NCBI GenBank assembly: GCA_963700145.1
Contig: OY969474.1
Location: 5,088,001 to 5,152,000, forward strand
Length of the DNA: 64,000 bases
From: an uncultured Acidobacteriota bacterium
GTDB lineage: Bacteria; Acidobacteriota; Thermoanaerobaculia; Multivoradales; UBA5704
Direction: 5' to 3'
Shown piece by piece: positions 41,590 to 54,601 of the stretch (the first letter of the stretch is position 1; the number at the start of each line of letters is the position of its first letter). The notes beneath the pieces were generated by a model that saw only the letters and a list, made by a program, of their open reading frames with translations, was not told where the DNA came from and did not search any database. The translations under genes and the position numbers were made by a program.

Positions 41590-44515
41590 GTGATCGAGGA
41601 CTTCACCGCCACTCCGACGGTCGGCGCCGTCACCCCGGCGGCCGGCGGCGGCCCGCCGCCGCCGGGCCCTGCCGCCTTCGCTCCCGGCGAGCTGGCGGCC
41701 GGCCGCTTCCGCATCGCGCGCCTGCTCGGCGCGGGGGGCGCCGGCCAGGTCTTCGAGGCGCTCGACCTCGAGATCGACCAGCCGCTGGCGCTCAAGGTCC
41801 TCCACCCCCGCTTCGCCGGCGACGACCGCGCCACCGCCCACTTCAAGCGCGAGTTCCTGCTCGCCCGCCGCATCACCCACCCCAACGTCTGCCGCGTCTT
41901 CGACCTCTTCACCCACCGCCCGGCGGCGCCGGGCGTCTGGGGCGAGGCGGTGGTCTTCCTGACCATGGAGCTGCTCGCCGGCGAGTCCCTGGCCGCGCGG
42001 CTGCGCCGCCGCGGCCGGATGGCGCCCGCGGAGGTGCTGCCGCTCCTCCAGCAGGTGGCGCGGGCGCTCGACGCGGCGCACGCCGCCGGCGTCGTGCACC
42101 GCGACTTCAAGAGCGCCAACGTGATGCTCATCCCCACGGCCGGCGGGTCGCGGGCGGTGATCACCGACTTCGGGGTGGCGGTGGCGCGGCCGGGGGACCC
42201 GCTCTGGGTGCACGGCAACCGCGGCATGGTGGGATCGCCGGCCTACATGGCGCCGGAGCAGGTGCTGGGGGCCGAGGTCACCGCCGCCGCCGACATCTAC
42301 GCTCTGGGGATCGTGCTCTACGAGCTGGTCACCGGGCGGCGCCCCTTCGGCGGCCCCGACCGCCTCGCAGCCGCCCTGCAGCGGCTGACCCGTCCGCCGG
42401 TGCCGCCGCGGCGGTTCCTGCCCACGCTCGACCGGCGCTGGGAGGAGACGATCCTCCGCTGCCTCGAGCGCGAGCCCGCGTCCCGCTTCGCCAGCGCCGG
42501 CGACGCCGTCGCCGCGCTCACCGCCGACGGTCCGCCGCGCGCCGCCCCGGTCCGCCGTCCGACGCTCGCGGTGCTCGGCCTCGACGACCTGGCGCCGCGT
42601 CCGGCCACCCCCGAGGGAGCGCGGCTCTATGCCGAGGGGCTCGAAGCGCTCCGCCGCGGCGAGGCGGCGGCGGCGCGCGACCTGCTCGAGCGGGCGGTGG
42701 CGCTCGACCCCGACTTCCCGCTGGCGCACATGGCGCTCTCGGAGGCCTGGTCGGCGGTCGGCTGCGACGCGTCGGCGCAGCAGGCGGCCTCCCGCGCTCG
42801 CGAGCTCGCCGCCCGCCTGCCGCGCGAGCAGCGGCTGCAGGTCGAGGCGCGCTACTGGGAGGCGATGAGCGGCTGGGAGCGCGCGGCGGAGGTCTACCGC
42901 GCCCTCGCCACCTTCTTCCCCGACGAGCCGGCTTACGCCCTCCGGCTGGCGGCGGTGCAGACCCAGAACGGCCGCCCGGACGACGCGCTGGCGACGCTCG
43001 ACGGCCTGCGCGCCCTCCCCGCGCCGGCCGGCGACGATCCGCGGATCGACCTGGAGGAGGCGCGCGCCGCCGAGGTGCTCTCCGAGTTCGGCCGCCAGCT
43101 CGCGGCGGCGGAGGCCGCGGCGGCCAAGGCGCGGGCGCTCGGGCTGCCGCTGCTCGAGGCCGCGGCCCACCTGCTGGCGGGCGAGGCACGCCAGCACTCG
43201 GGTGACCTCGACCGCGCTCTCGCCGCGTTCGCTGCCGCCGAGCGGATCTTCCGCGCCGCCGGCGACCTGCGCGGCACGGCGCAGGCGGTGCGGCTGACCG
43301 GCGCCGCTCTCTACGAGCGCCACGACCTCGTCGGGGCCGCCGAGCGGCACGAGGAGGGACTGGCCCTCGCCCGCCGTATCGGCAACCGCCGGGCGATCGC
43401 CGACGCGCTCAACAAGATCGGCAATCTCCGGCTGCTGCAAGGGCGCTTCGACGAGGCGCACCGCACCTACGAGGAAGCGCTCGTCATCCGCCGCGAGATC
43501 GCCGACCTCCGCGGCATCGCCAACCTGGAGTCGAACCTGGGGCTCATCCACCACTACCGCTCCGATCTGCGCGGGGCACGGCCGCGGTACGAGACGGCGC
43601 TGGCGCTCTTCACCCGCTGCGGCGATCGCCGCGAGCGCGGACAGGTCCTCTACAAGCTGGGCGACTTGCTGCACAACGAGGGCGATCTGCTGGCGGCACG
43701 CGCCGTCGGCCAGCAGGCGCTCTCCCTGTTCTGGCTCATCGGCGAGACCGGCGAGCGGAAACGCGCCCTCTGGCTCATCGCCAGCGGGCTCTTCGAAGGG
43801 GGCGACCTGCGCCGCGCCGCGCACCTGCTGGACCTGGCGGAAGCGCTGCCCGACCTCGGCGGCCCGCTCGTCGCCTCGGCGGTGCAGCACCTGCGCGCGC
43901 GCCTCCTCTACGCCGGCGACGAGCTCGCCGCGGCGCGCGCCCAGCTCGACCTCCTCGACCGCGAGGCCGCCGTGGCGGGGGACCTCTGGGCGCGGCGCGA
44001 GCTGTCGCTCCTGCGCCTCTGCGTCGACTTCGAGGACGGCCGCAACACCGAGGCCGAGGAGCGCGCGTCGACACTCGCCGAATACTTCGCGCGGCTCGGC
44101 GTCGGGGACAGCCACGCCATGGCCCTCACTGTCATGGCGGCCTGCCGCCTGGCGGCGGGCGACGTGGCGGCGGCCCAGGACCTGACGGCGCGCGCGGCGC
44201 GGCTGCCGATGCACAACCTCCTCGGCCGCTTCACCTGCGACATCTTCGCCGCCGAGGTCGCGGCGCGCGCCGGCGGGCAGGCGGCGGCGCGGGCGACCCT
44301 GCGCGGGATCGTGGCCGAGACCCGGCGCCGCGGCCTGGTCCGGCTCCAGCTGCGGGCCGAGCTGGCGACCGGGCGCCTCCTCCTCGCCCACGGCCGGCCG
44401 GCGCAGGCGACCGCGCTCCTGGTGCGGCTCGAGCGGCGGAGCCGCGGCCTGGGCTTCCACCTCTTCGCCCGCCGGGCCGCCGAGGCCCGCGCCAATCCCC
44501 GCGCTCTCGCCGCAC

Positions 44516-44526
<11 letters not shown>
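41590..44526 (+). CDS. Hanks-type Ser/Thr protein kinase with TPR repeats
   Basis: GAGGAGQV, ALKVL, HRDFKSAN, DFG, YMAPEQ, ADIYALG; long TPR C-terminus. Confidence 0.93.
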
Positions 44527-46396
<1,870 letters not shown>

Positions 46397-46404
46397 GGAG
46401 AGGG

Positions 46405-48153
46405 ATGCGAAGCGCCCGGACCTCCGTTCTCCTCTGCATCCTCGCCCTGGCTTCGGCGGCCGCCTGCCGCGCCTTGGCCGCACCGCTCCAGCTCACCCCC
46501 TGCACGCCGCCCGGCATGACCGGCGAGGCCCGCTGCGGCACCTACGAGGTCTACGAAGACCGCGCCGCCGGGACGGGGCGCAAGGTGCCCATCGCGGTCG
46601 TCGTCCTCCCCGCGACCGGCCCCGAGCGCCGGCCCGATCCCTTCCTCTACTTCGCCGGGGGCCCTGGCGAGTCGGCCACCGCCGGCGCTCCCTTCATCGC
46701 CCGGGCCTTCGCCGACCTGCGCCGGAGCCGCGACATCGTCCTGATCGACCTGCGCGGCACCGGTCAGTCGGCGCCGCTCGTCTGCGCCGAGACGAAGGGG
46801 GCACGCGGCGTCCAGGGGTTCCTCGAGGACTTCCTGCCGGTCGCCGCGGTACGTGCCTGCCGTCGCGAGCACGCGGGGCGGGCCCTCGCGCACTACAACA
46901 CCGCGGTCGCGGTGGACGACGTGGCCGAGGTGCTCGCGGCCCTGGGCTACGAGCGCGCCAACCTCTACGGCGCCTCCTACGGCACCCGCAGCGCGCTGAC
47001 GCTCCTCCGCCGCCACCCCGAGCGGGTGCGGACCCTCGCGCTCCTCGGCGTCGTGCCGTCGGACTCCCGGTCGCCGTCGACCTTCGCGCGCGACGCCCAG
47101 GACGCCCTCGACGGCACTCTCGCCGAGTGCGCCGCCGATCCGGTCTGCGGCAAGGCCTTCCCGCGCGCCCGCGAGGAGCTGGCCGCCGTGCTCGAGCGGC
47201 TGGCGGCGGCGCCGGTGACGGTCGAGCTCCGCCATCCGCGGACCGGCGAGCCGCTCTCCCTGCACCTTACCCGCGCCGGCTTCGCGCAGACGCTGCGCTA
47301 CATGCTCTATTCGGCGGCGAGCGCCGTCCTGGTGCCGCTCTATGCACAGGCGGCCTACGCCGGGAACTTCCGGCCGGTCGCCGAGCTGGCCGTGTTCCTG
47401 GTGAGCGGTATGAGCGGCAGCGCGCTGGCGAGCGGCTTTTTCCTCTCCGTCACCTGCGCCGAGGACGTCCTCTTCATCGACGAGGCGTCGGCGGCTGCGT
47501 CGGCGCGCGGCACCTTCATCGGCGACTTCCGGGTGCGCGCCCAGCAGGCGGCCTGCCGCGAGTGGGGCGTGCCGGCGCTGCCGCCCGAGACGATGGCGCC
47601 GGTCCGCTCGGACGTCCCGGCGCTGCTGATCTCGGGCGAGCGCGACCCCGTGACCCCGGCCCGCGGCGGGGAGGAGGTGGCGCGCCATCTGTCGCGGGCG
47701 CGGCACGTCGTCGTCGCCGACGGCGCCCACGGCTTCGAGGGGATGAAGGGTGCCGACTGCCTCGACGGCCTGGTGACGCAGCTCGTCGAGAAGGGGTCGG
47801 CCGAGGCGCTCGACACGGCGTGCCTGGCGGCGGTGGAGCGCCCGCCGTTCGCCACCGAGCTGCCGGCGGCGGAGGTGGCGGTGGCGCCGGAGCGTTTGGC
47901 GAAGCTGGCGGGGACCTACGCCGCGCCGGAGGGCGGCCTCGAGGTGACCCTGACGGTGGCCGACGGGCGCCTGCGTCTGGCCTTCGGCGAGGAAGATGTC
48001 TTCTTCCTCGTCGCGGTCTCTCCCGAGCGCTTCCGCGTCGAGGGGATGCCGGCCGGCTACTTCGCGGAGCTCGAGGAGCGGGAGGGGAAGGTCACGGCGC
48101 TGCGGCTGGTCGAAGGAGCCAACTCCACGACGGTCCTCCGGCGCCGCGACTAG
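46405..48153 (+). CDS. Secreted alpha/beta hydrolase (tripeptidyl-aminopeptidase/TAP-like, S33)
   Basis: Signal peptide, GGPG, DLRGTG, GASYG nucleophile, DPVTP, AHG. Confidence 0.88.
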   Translation: MRSARTSVLLCILALASAAACRALAAPLQLTPCTPPGMTGEARCGTYEVYEDRAAGTGRKVPIAVVVLPATGPERRPDPFLYFAGGPGESATAGAPFIARAFADLRRSRDIVLIDLRGTGQSAPLVCAETKGARGVQGFLEDFLPVAAVRACRREHAGRALAHYNTAVAVDDVAEVLAALGYERANLYGASYGTRSALTLLRRHPERVRTLALLGVVPSDSRSPSTFARDAQDALDGTLAECAADPVCGKAFPRAREELAAVLERLAAAPVTVELRHPRTGEPLSLHLTRAGFAQTLRYMLYSAASAVLVPLYAQAAYAGNFRPVAELAVFLVSGMSGSALASGFFLSVTCAEDVLFIDEASAAASARGTFIGDFRVRAQQAACREWGVPALPPETMAPVRSDVPALLISGERDPVTPARGGEEVARHLSRARHVVVADGAHGFEGMKGADCLDGLVTQLVEKGSAEALDTACLAAVERPPFATELPAAEVAVAPERLAKLAGTYAAPEGGLEVTLTVADGRLRLAFGEEDVFFLVAVSPERFRVEGMPAGYFAELEEREGKVTALRLVEGANSTTVLRRRD

Positions 48154-48159
48154 GGGCGT

Positions 48160-48489
48160 TCACTCCCACGGGATGTCAGGCATCCGCAGGCGCTCGACCT
48201 CCTCGCCGCCGCCGAGGACGGTGCGCTGGAGGATCTCCTCGACGTCTTCGAGGGTCACCCGGCGGTACCAGAGGTTGTACGGCCAGACGGCGACCGTGAT
48301 CCCCTGGCTGCAGTGCTTGAGGCAGCCGGTGCGCACCACCATCACCTCGCCGCGCACCCCGAGCTCCTTGACCCGGTCCTTGAAGCGCCGGTAGACCTCG
48401 AGCGAGCCGCGCGGCCCGCAGCTCGGCTTGCCGGTCTCGGGGGCGCGCTCGTTGGTACAGACGAGGACCTGGACGCGGGGCCTGGGCAC
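48160..48489 (-). CDS. Thioredoxin-like [2Fe-2S] ferredoxin
   Basis: VLVCTNER...SC...TGCLKHC..G.TVAVWP...WY; GTG overlaps upstream TAG. Confidence 0.85.
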   Translation of the reverse strand: MPRPRVQVLVCTNERAPETGKPSCGPRGSLEVYRRFKDRVKELGVRGEVMVVRTGCLKHCSQGITVAVWPYNLWYRRVTLEDVEEILQRTVLGGGEEVERLRMPDIPWE

Positions 48490-48884
48490 TACAGGAACCC
48501 GACCTCCCGCGTGGCGGCGGCGACGACGTAGCAGCGCTCGTTGTTCGATTCCGGGTCGGCCGGCACGACGAAGAAGCCGGGGCGCGAGGGGTTGTACCCC
48601 TGGGTCGTGCCCACCAGCACCTCGCCGTCCTTGAAGACGATGCGGATGCGGCGGCCCGGCACGGCCTCGGCGGCCGCGGGGTCGTTGACCTTCGGACGCT
48701 GCGGGTCGCCGTCGAAGGTCTTGACGAAGAAGATCGCCTTGAGCTCGGCGACCGGGACTTTCACCGGCCGGGCGCCCACCGGCTCCGTGGCCGTGAGGTG
48801 AAATGCGTCTCGTCCCGGCAGGAAATCGTAGGTGAACCCCTTGAGCAGGCGGCCATCCTGGAAGTGGGCGACGACGCGGTTCAT
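48489..48884 (-). CDS. Conserved hypothetical protein (DUF6982-like)
   Basis: DGRLLKG, LKAIFFVK, FKDGE, GFFVVPADP.SNN. Confidence 0.7.
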   Translation of the reverse strand: MNRVVAHFQDGRLLKGFTYDFLPGRDAFHLTATEPVGARPVKVPVAELKAIFFVKTFDGDPQRPKVNDPAAAEAVPGRRIRIVFKDGEVLVGTTQGYNPSRPGFFVVPADPESNNERCYVVAAATREVGFL

Positions 48885-48979
48885 GGCGATCGGCGCGCCA
48901 TCCTAGCGCGAGGCCCGGGGCCGAGCCATGTGGTAGCTTCTCCGCCATCTGACGCGGCACGTCCGAACGGGAGCGCGCG

Positions 48980-49420
48980 ATGGCCTGGTGGGCCTGGATC
49001 CTCCTCGGTCTCGTCCTGCTGGGGCTCGAGCTCCTGATCGGGACGCTGTACCTCGTCTTCCCCGGCGTGGCGGCCCTCGCCATCGGCCTCCTCGCCTTCG
49101 TCGACGCGGGCTCCGCCTGGGTCGAGTGGCTGCTCTTCACCGTCCTCTCGGTCGGCACCATGATGCTCTTCCGCCGGCCGCTCCTCGGCCGCCTCAAGCT
49201 CGGCGGCGACCCCGGCGACATCGACGCGCTGGTCGGCGAGACCGCCATCCTGGTCGAGCCGCTGCCGCCGGACGGCATTGGCAAGGCCGACATGCGTGGC
49301 AGCTCGTGGAACGTGCGCAACGCCGGCGAGGAGCCGCTGGCGGCCGGGCAGCGGGTGCGGGTCGAGCGGGTGCAGGGACTCTTGCTGTGGGTGCGGGCGG
49401 AGCGGAGCGGCGGCGCCTGA
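48980..49420 (+). CDS. NfeD-family membrane protein
   Basis: WWAWILLG..LELL, TM helices plus OB-like C-terminus; upstream of SPFH gene. Confidence 0.88.
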   Translation: MAWWAWILLGLVLLGLELLIGTLYLVFPGVAALAIGLLAFVDAGSAWVEWLLFTVLSVGTMMLFRRPLLGRLKLGGDPGDIDALVGETAILVEPLPPDGIGKADMRGSSWNVRNAGEEPLAAGQRVRVERVQGLLLWVRAERSGGA

Positions 49421-49446
49421 CGCGCCCGCCTGCGAAAGGAGCTGCG

Positions 49447-50394
49447 ATGGAATTCCCTCTGATCGTGATCATCGTCCTCGCGGCGTTGGTGCTGATCATC
49501 ATCGCCAAGACCGCGGTCGTGGTGCCGCAGCAGAACGCCTACGTGGTCGAGCGGCTGGGGCGCTACGCCGGGACGATCGGCGCCGGATTCCACGTGCTGG
49601 TGCCGTTCTTCGACCGCATCCGCTACCGCCACTCGCTCAAGGAGCAGGCCTTCGACATCCCCGAGCAGATCTGCATCACCCGCGACAACGTGCAGGTCGG
49701 GGTGGACGGCGTGCTCTACCTGAAGGTGCTCGACCCGCAGCGCGCCTCCTACGGCATCATGGACTACGTCTTCGCCATCTCGCAGCTCGCCCAGACGACC
49801 CTGCGCAGCGAGGTCGGCAAGATCGAGCTCGACCGCACCTTCGAGGAGCGCACCAACATCAACGCCTCCGTGGTGGGGGAGCTGGACAAGGCCTCCGAGC
49901 CCTGGGGCGTCAAGGTCCTGCGCTACGAGATCAAGAACATCACGCCGCCCAAGGACATCCTCGCCGCGATGGAGAAGCAGATGCGCGCCGAGCGCGAGAA
50001 GCGCGCCGTCATCCTCACCTCCGAAGGGGTGCGCGACGCCGCGGTCAACACCGCCGAGGGGGAGAAGCAGCAGACGATCAAGGCCTCCGAGGCGAGGAAG
50101 CAGCAGCAGATCAACGAGGCCGAAGGGCAGGCGGCGGCGATCCTCTCGGTGGCGCAGGCCACCGCCGAGGGGATCCGCCTGGTCGCCGAGGCGATCGGGA
50201 AGCCCGGGGGCTTCGAGGCGGTGCAGCTCCGCGTCGCCGAGCAGTACGTCGAGCAGTTCGGGCACCTGGCGCAGAAGGCCAACACGCTGGTGGTACCGGC
50301 CGACCTCTCGAACGTCGCCGGGATGATCCAGATGGCGATGCAGTCGGTGCGGCGGGCGCCGGGCGGACCGTCGGGGCCGCCGGCGCCGCGGTGA
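49447..50394 (+). CDS. SPFH/stomatin-like protein (QmcA family)
   Basis: VVERLG, ITRDNV, QTTLRSEVG, QMRAEREKRA. Confidence 0.93.
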   Translation: MEFPLIVIIVLAALVLIIIAKTAVVVPQQNAYVVERLGRYAGTIGAGFHVLVPFFDRIRYRHSLKEQAFDIPEQICITRDNVQVGVDGVLYLKVLDPQRASYGIMDYVFAISQLAQTTLRSEVGKIELDRTFEERTNINASVVGELDKASEPWGVKVLRYEIKNITPPKDILAAMEKQMRAEREKRAVILTSEGVRDAAVNTAEGEKQQTIKASEARKQQQINEAEGQAAAILSVAQATAEGIRLVAEAIGKPGGFEAVQLRVAEQYVEQFGHLAQKANTLVVPADLSNVAGMIQMAMQSVRRAPGGPSGPPAPR

Positions 50395-50416
50395 GCGCGG
50401 TTTCCGCCCGCCGCGC

Positions 50417-51307
50417 GTGAGCCTCCGCCTCCTGGTCAACCCCGCCGCCGGCCGCGGTGCGGGGGCGCGGCACCTGCAGCGCCTCCAGGCGCTCGCCGCC
50501 GAATACGGGTCCGGGCCGCCGCGGATCTCCGCCGGCCCCGACGACCTCGTGCGCGAGGCGCGCGCCGCGGCCGGCGAAGGGATCGAGCGGCTGCTGGTCG
50601 CCGGCGGCGACGGCACGGTCCATCACGTCGCCCAGGGGCTCGCCGGGAGCGCCTGCGCGCTCTGTCTCGTCCCGCTTGGCAGCGGCAACGACCTCGCGGG
50701 CACCCTCGGGCTGCCGCGCTCCCTGCCCGAAGCCTTTCGCCGCGCCGTCACCGGGCCGGTACGGCGGATCGACCTCCTGCGCGCCGGCGGGCGGGTGGCC
50801 GTGGGCTACGTCGGGCTGGGCTTCGACGCCGAGGTGGCGCGCCGCGCGGCCGCCCCGCCGGGGGCGCGGCCGGGGCTGGTGCGCGGGCCCCTGATCTATC
50901 CCTGGGCGGTCCTCTCGACGCTCGCCGGCTTCGCGCCGCCGTGGCTGCGCGTCGCCTGGGAGGGCGGCGCCTTCGACGGCGCCGCGATGTTCGCCGTCTG
51001 CGCCAACTTGCCGCGCTTCGGCGGCGGCATGCGGATCGCCCCCGCGGCGCGGATCGACGACGGCCTGCTCGACCTCGTCGTCGTCCGCGCCGTCCCCCGC
51101 CGCACCCTCCTCGCCGTCTTCCCCAAGGTCTACCGCGGGCGCCACGTCGGCCACCCGGCGGTGACGATCGCCCGCACCCCCTGGGCCGAGATCGCCGCCG
51201 ACCGACCGCTGGAGCTCTACGGCGGCGGCGAGCCGATGCACGGGCTGGCGCCGGGCGCGCCGGTGCGCGTCGAGGTCGTGCCCGGCGGCCTGGTCGTCGC
51301 CGGCTGA
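50417..51307 (+). CDS. YegS/BmrU-family lipid (diacylglycerol) kinase
   Basis: VNPAAG, AGGDGT, PLGSGNDLA, GGGM, DDGLLD. Confidence 0.9.
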   Translation: MSLRLLVNPAAGRGAGARHLQRLQALAAEYGSGPPRISAGPDDLVREARAAAGEGIERLLVAGGDGTVHHVAQGLAGSACALCLVPLGSGNDLAGTLGLPRSLPEAFRRAVTGPVRRIDLLRAGGRVAVGYVGLGFDAEVARRAAAPPGARPGLVRGPLIYPWAVLSTLAGFAPPWLRVAWEGGAFDGAAMFAVCANLPRFGGGMRIAPAARIDDGLLDLVVVRAVPRRTLLAVFPKVYRGRHVGHPAVTIARTPWAEIAADRPLELYGGGEPMHGLAPGAPVRVEVVPGGLVVAG

Positions 51308-51407
51308 GCTGGAGCCGGCGCCGGCTGTTGTAGGACAAGCACCGACACGAGAGTAGGACGCCGGCCGATTCGCTCCCCGGGACGGCGGGGATAGCCTCGG
51401 CTGAGCG

Positions 51408-52994
51408 ATGGCTCCGGCCGCCCCCATCCCCGTCTTGCTCGTCGAGGACGACGCGAGCGATGCGCAGCGCGTGCGCGAGGCGCTCGCCGGCCTCGAGGCC
51501 CAGATCGCGCTCGCCCACGTCGACACGCTCGCCGCGGCGCTCGAACGGCTCCGCCGCGAGCCCGCCGAGGTGGTGCTGCTCGACCTCGGTCTGCCGGACA
51601 GCGACGGCTTCGCCACCCTCGAGGCGCTCCAGGCCGCGGCGCCCGAGGTCGCCGTCGTGGTCCTTACCGGGCTCGCCGACGAGTCGTCGGCCGTGGCGGT
51701 GCTGCAGCGCGGCGCGCAGGACTACCTGCCGAAGCGGGAGTGCACGGCCCGGGTGCTGCAGCGCGTCATCCGCTACACCTGCGAGCGCCGGCGCGCCGAG
51801 AGCGCTCTCCTCGCCCGCCAGATGCAGCTCGAGGAGCAGCTCCGCGAGGCGCAGAAGATGGAGGCGGTGGGGCGGCTGGCGGGCGGCGTCGCGCACGACT
51901 TCAACAACTTGCTGACCGCGATCCTGGGCTATACGAGCCTGCTGGCGGCGCGCTTCGCGGCCGACGAGACCGCCTGCCGCGAGCTGAACGAGGTGCAGAA
52001 GGCCGGGGAGCGGGCGGCGACACTCACCCGCCAGCTCCTCGCATTCAGCCGCCGGCAGGTCCTGCAGCCGCAGACCCTGGACCTGCGCGAGGTCGTGGCG
52101 GAGGCCGCCAAGCGCCTCGGGCGCCTGCTCGGCGAGGGCGTCACGCTGGAGATCGCCGCGCGCCTGCCGGTCAGGACGAAGGCGGACCGCGGGCAGCTCG
52201 AGCAGGTGCTCGTCGACCTGGCGCAGAACGCCCGCGACGCGATGCCGGCGGGCGGCACGCTGCGGATCGAGATCGCCGAGATCGACCTCGCCGCCGCCGG
52301 CGCCGCGGAGCGGCCGGCGGTGAAGCCCGGCCGCTACGCCCTGCTCTCCGTCGCCGACACCGGCGCCGGCATGGACGGCGAGGTGCTGAGCCACCTCTTC
52401 GAGCCCTTCTTCACCACCAAAGGAGTGGGGGAGGGGACCGGCCTGGGGCTCGCCACCGTCTACGGCATCGTGCGGCAGAGCGGCGGGCACGTCACGGTCG
52501 AGAGCGCACCGGGGCGCGGCACGACCTTCAGGATCTACCTGCCACTGGTGGAGGAGCCGGGCGCCGCCGCCGCGGCGCCGCCGCAGACGGCGGAGGAGTT
52601 CGAGACGATCCTGCTGGTCGACGACGAGCCCAGCGTGCGGCGGCTGGCGCGGCTGGTGCTGGAGAAGCGCGGCTATCGCGTGCTCGAGGCCGAGTCGGCG
52701 GCGGCGGCGATGGACCTCGTCGGCGCCCACTCCGGGCGCCTCGACCTGGTGCTCACCGACGCCGTGATGCCGGGGCTCAGCGGACGGTCGCTCCTGGCGC
52801 ACATGGCATCGGCGCGGCCCGAGGCGAGGGGGGTGCTGATGTCGGGCTACTCGGCCGAAGAGGTGGCGGAAAGCGACCGCGGCCCGCGGCCGCCCTTCCT
52901 GCAGAAGCCCTTCGCCGCCGCCGACCTGCTGCGCAAGGTGCGGGAGGTGCTCGACGCGCCGCCGGCCGCGGCCGCGGCCGGCGCGGCGCCCTAG
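51408..52994 (+). CDS. Hybrid sensor histidine kinase/response regulator (REC-HK-REC)
   Basis: LLVEDD, AHDFNN, DTGAGM, FEPFFTTK, GTGLGL, second REC domain. Confidence 0.93.
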   Translation: MAPAAPIPVLLVEDDASDAQRVREALAGLEAQIALAHVDTLAAALERLRREPAEVVLLDLGLPDSDGFATLEALQAAAPEVAVVVLTGLADESSAVAVLQRGAQDYLPKRECTARVLQRVIRYTCERRRAESALLARQMQLEEQLREAQKMEAVGRLAGGVAHDFNNLLTAILGYTSLLAARFAADETACRELNEVQKAGERAATLTRQLLAFSRRQVLQPQTLDLREVVAEAAKRLGRLLGEGVTLEIAARLPVRTKADRGQLEQVLVDLAQNARDAMPAGGTLRIEIAEIDLAAAGAAERPAVKPGRYALLSVADTGAGMDGEVLSHLFEPFFTTKGVGEGTGLGLATVYGIVRQSGGHVTVESAPGRGTTFRIYLPLVEEPGAAAAAPPQTAEEFETILLVDDEPSVRRLARLVLEKRGYRVLEAESAAAAMDLVGAHSGRLDLVLTDAVMPGLSGRSLLAHMASARPEARGVLMSGYSAEEVAESDRGPRPPFLQKPFAAADLLRKVREVLDAPPAAAAAGAAP

Positions 52995-54538
52995 GCCCCC
53001 GGCTTGACCTCGAACTCCACGCCTTGCGCCAGCGGCAGCGTCTCGCCCCAGTTGATGGTGCAGGTCTGCCGGCGCATGTAGGCCTTCCAGGAGTCCGAGC
53101 CCGCCTCGCGGCCGCCGCCGGTCTCCTTCTCGCCGCCGAAGGCGCCGCCGATCTCGGCGCCCGAGGTACCGATGTTGACGTTGGCGATGCCGCAGTCGCT
53201 GCCGGTGGCGGAGAGGAAGCGCTCGGCGCTGCGCACGTTCGAGGTGAAGATCGCCGACGACAGCCCCTGCGGCACGTCGTTGTGCAGGCGGATCGCCTCG
53301 TCGAGGTCATCGAACTCGAAGAGGTAGAGGATGGGCGCGAAGGTCTCCTCGCAGGTGATCGGCAGCGGGCCCGGCGTCTCGACGAGCGTCGGCTCGACGA
53401 AGAAGCCCGGCCGGTCGAGCGTGCGGCCGCCGTAGAGCACCCGCCCGCCCTGCTTGCGCACCGCCTCCAGGGCCTGCTCCATGTTCTCGACCGCTTGGCG
53501 GTCGATGAGCGGCCCCATCAGCGTCCCCGCCTCCAGCGGGTCGCCGACCGGGATCGAGCGGTAGGCCTCGACCAGGCGCCGCTTCATCGTCGCCGCGACG
53601 CCGCGCTGGAGGAGGAGGCGCCGCGTCGAGGTGCAGCGCTGCCCGGCGGTGCCGACGGCGGCGAAGAGGACCGCCCGCAGCGCCAGGTCGAGGTCGGCGT
53701 CGTCCATGACGACGATGCCGTTGTTGCCGCCGAGCTCGAGGAGCGACCGGCCGAGGCGGTCGGCGACGACCTTGCCGACCTGCTTGCCCATCTTGACCGA
53801 CCCGGTGGCCGAGATGAGGGGGAAGCGCGGGTCGGCCACCAGCCGCTCGCCGACGCCGCTGCGGCCGCCGATGATCAGGTTGAAGATGGGCGGCGCGCCG
53901 TTCGCTTCCAGAACCCGTTGGGCGATGCGCGTCGTGGCGATCGCCGAGAGGGGCGCCTGGTGCGACGGCTTCCAGACCATCGAGTCGCCGCAGACCGCCG
54001 CCACCATCGCGTTCCAGGCCCAGACCGCGACCGGGAAGTTGAAGGCGGTGATGATCCCCACCGGGCCCAGCGGATGCCACTGCTCGTACATGCGGTGGAG
54101 CGGGCGCTCGGAGTGCATCGCCTTGCCGTAGAGCTGCCGCGACATGCCGACCGCGAGGTCGGCCATGTCGATCATCTCCTGCACCTCGCCGAGGCCCTCG
54201 GAGACGACCTTGCCGACCTCCAGGCTGACCAGCGCGCCGAGCTCCTGCTTGTGGCGGCGCAGCTCGTCGCCGAGCTGGCGCACGATCTCGCCGCGCCGGG
54301 GCGCCGGCCAGGTGCGCCACTCCTCGAAGGCGCGGACGGTGGTGGCGGCCACCCGCTCGTACTCCTCCTCGCCGGCCAGGCGGACGGCGGCGATCGGCTC
54401 GCCGGTGGCGGGGTTGACGGACTCGACGCGCTTGCCGGCGGTGGCGAGCCACTCGCCGGCGAAGGCGCCGGGGTTTTCCTCTTCGACGCCGAGCGCGCGG
54501 AGGGCGCTCTCGGCCTGGGGTGCGGTCTCGACGGTCAT
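52991..54538 (-). CDS. Aldehyde dehydrogenase, ALDH7/piperideine-6-carboxylate dehydrogenase family
   Basis: ITAFNFPVAVWAWN, ELGGNN, GTAGQRCT, GAEIGGAFGGEK, REAGSDSWK. Confidence 0.93.
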   Translation of the reverse strand: MTVETAPQAESALRALGVEEENPGAFAGEWLATAGKRVESVNPATGEPIAAVRLAGEEEYERVAATTVRAFEEWRTWPAPRRGEIVRQLGDELRRHKQELGALVSLEVGKVVSEGLGEVQEMIDMADLAVGMSRQLYGKAMHSERPLHRMYEQWHPLGPVGIITAFNFPVAVWAWNAMVAAVCGDSMVWKPSHQAPLSAIATTRIAQRVLEANGAPPIFNLIIGGRSGVGERLVADPRFPLISATGSVKMGKQVGKVVADRLGRSLLELGGNNGIVVMDDADLDLALRAVLFAAVGTAGQRCTSTRRLLLQRGVAATMKRRLVEAYRSIPVGDPLEAGTLMGPLIDRQAVENMEQALEAVRKQGGRVLYGGRTLDRPGFFVEPTLVETPGPLPITCEETFAPILYLFEFDDLDEAIRLHNDVPQGLSSAIFTSNVRSAERFLSATGSDCGIANVNIGTSGAEIGGAFGGEKETGGGREAGSDSWKAYMRRQTCTINWGETLPLAQGVEFEVKPGA

Positions 54539-54601
54539 GGAACTCTCCTGGCAGGTCGCGGGGTACTACGGAGGCCGGAAGGATAGCGCAGAATCCGCGC
54601 C

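Noticed and set aside
48980-50394. NfeD-SPFH pair, and the batA-E operon at 57618-63190, as novel systems
   Set aside because: Both are well-known conserved gene clusters
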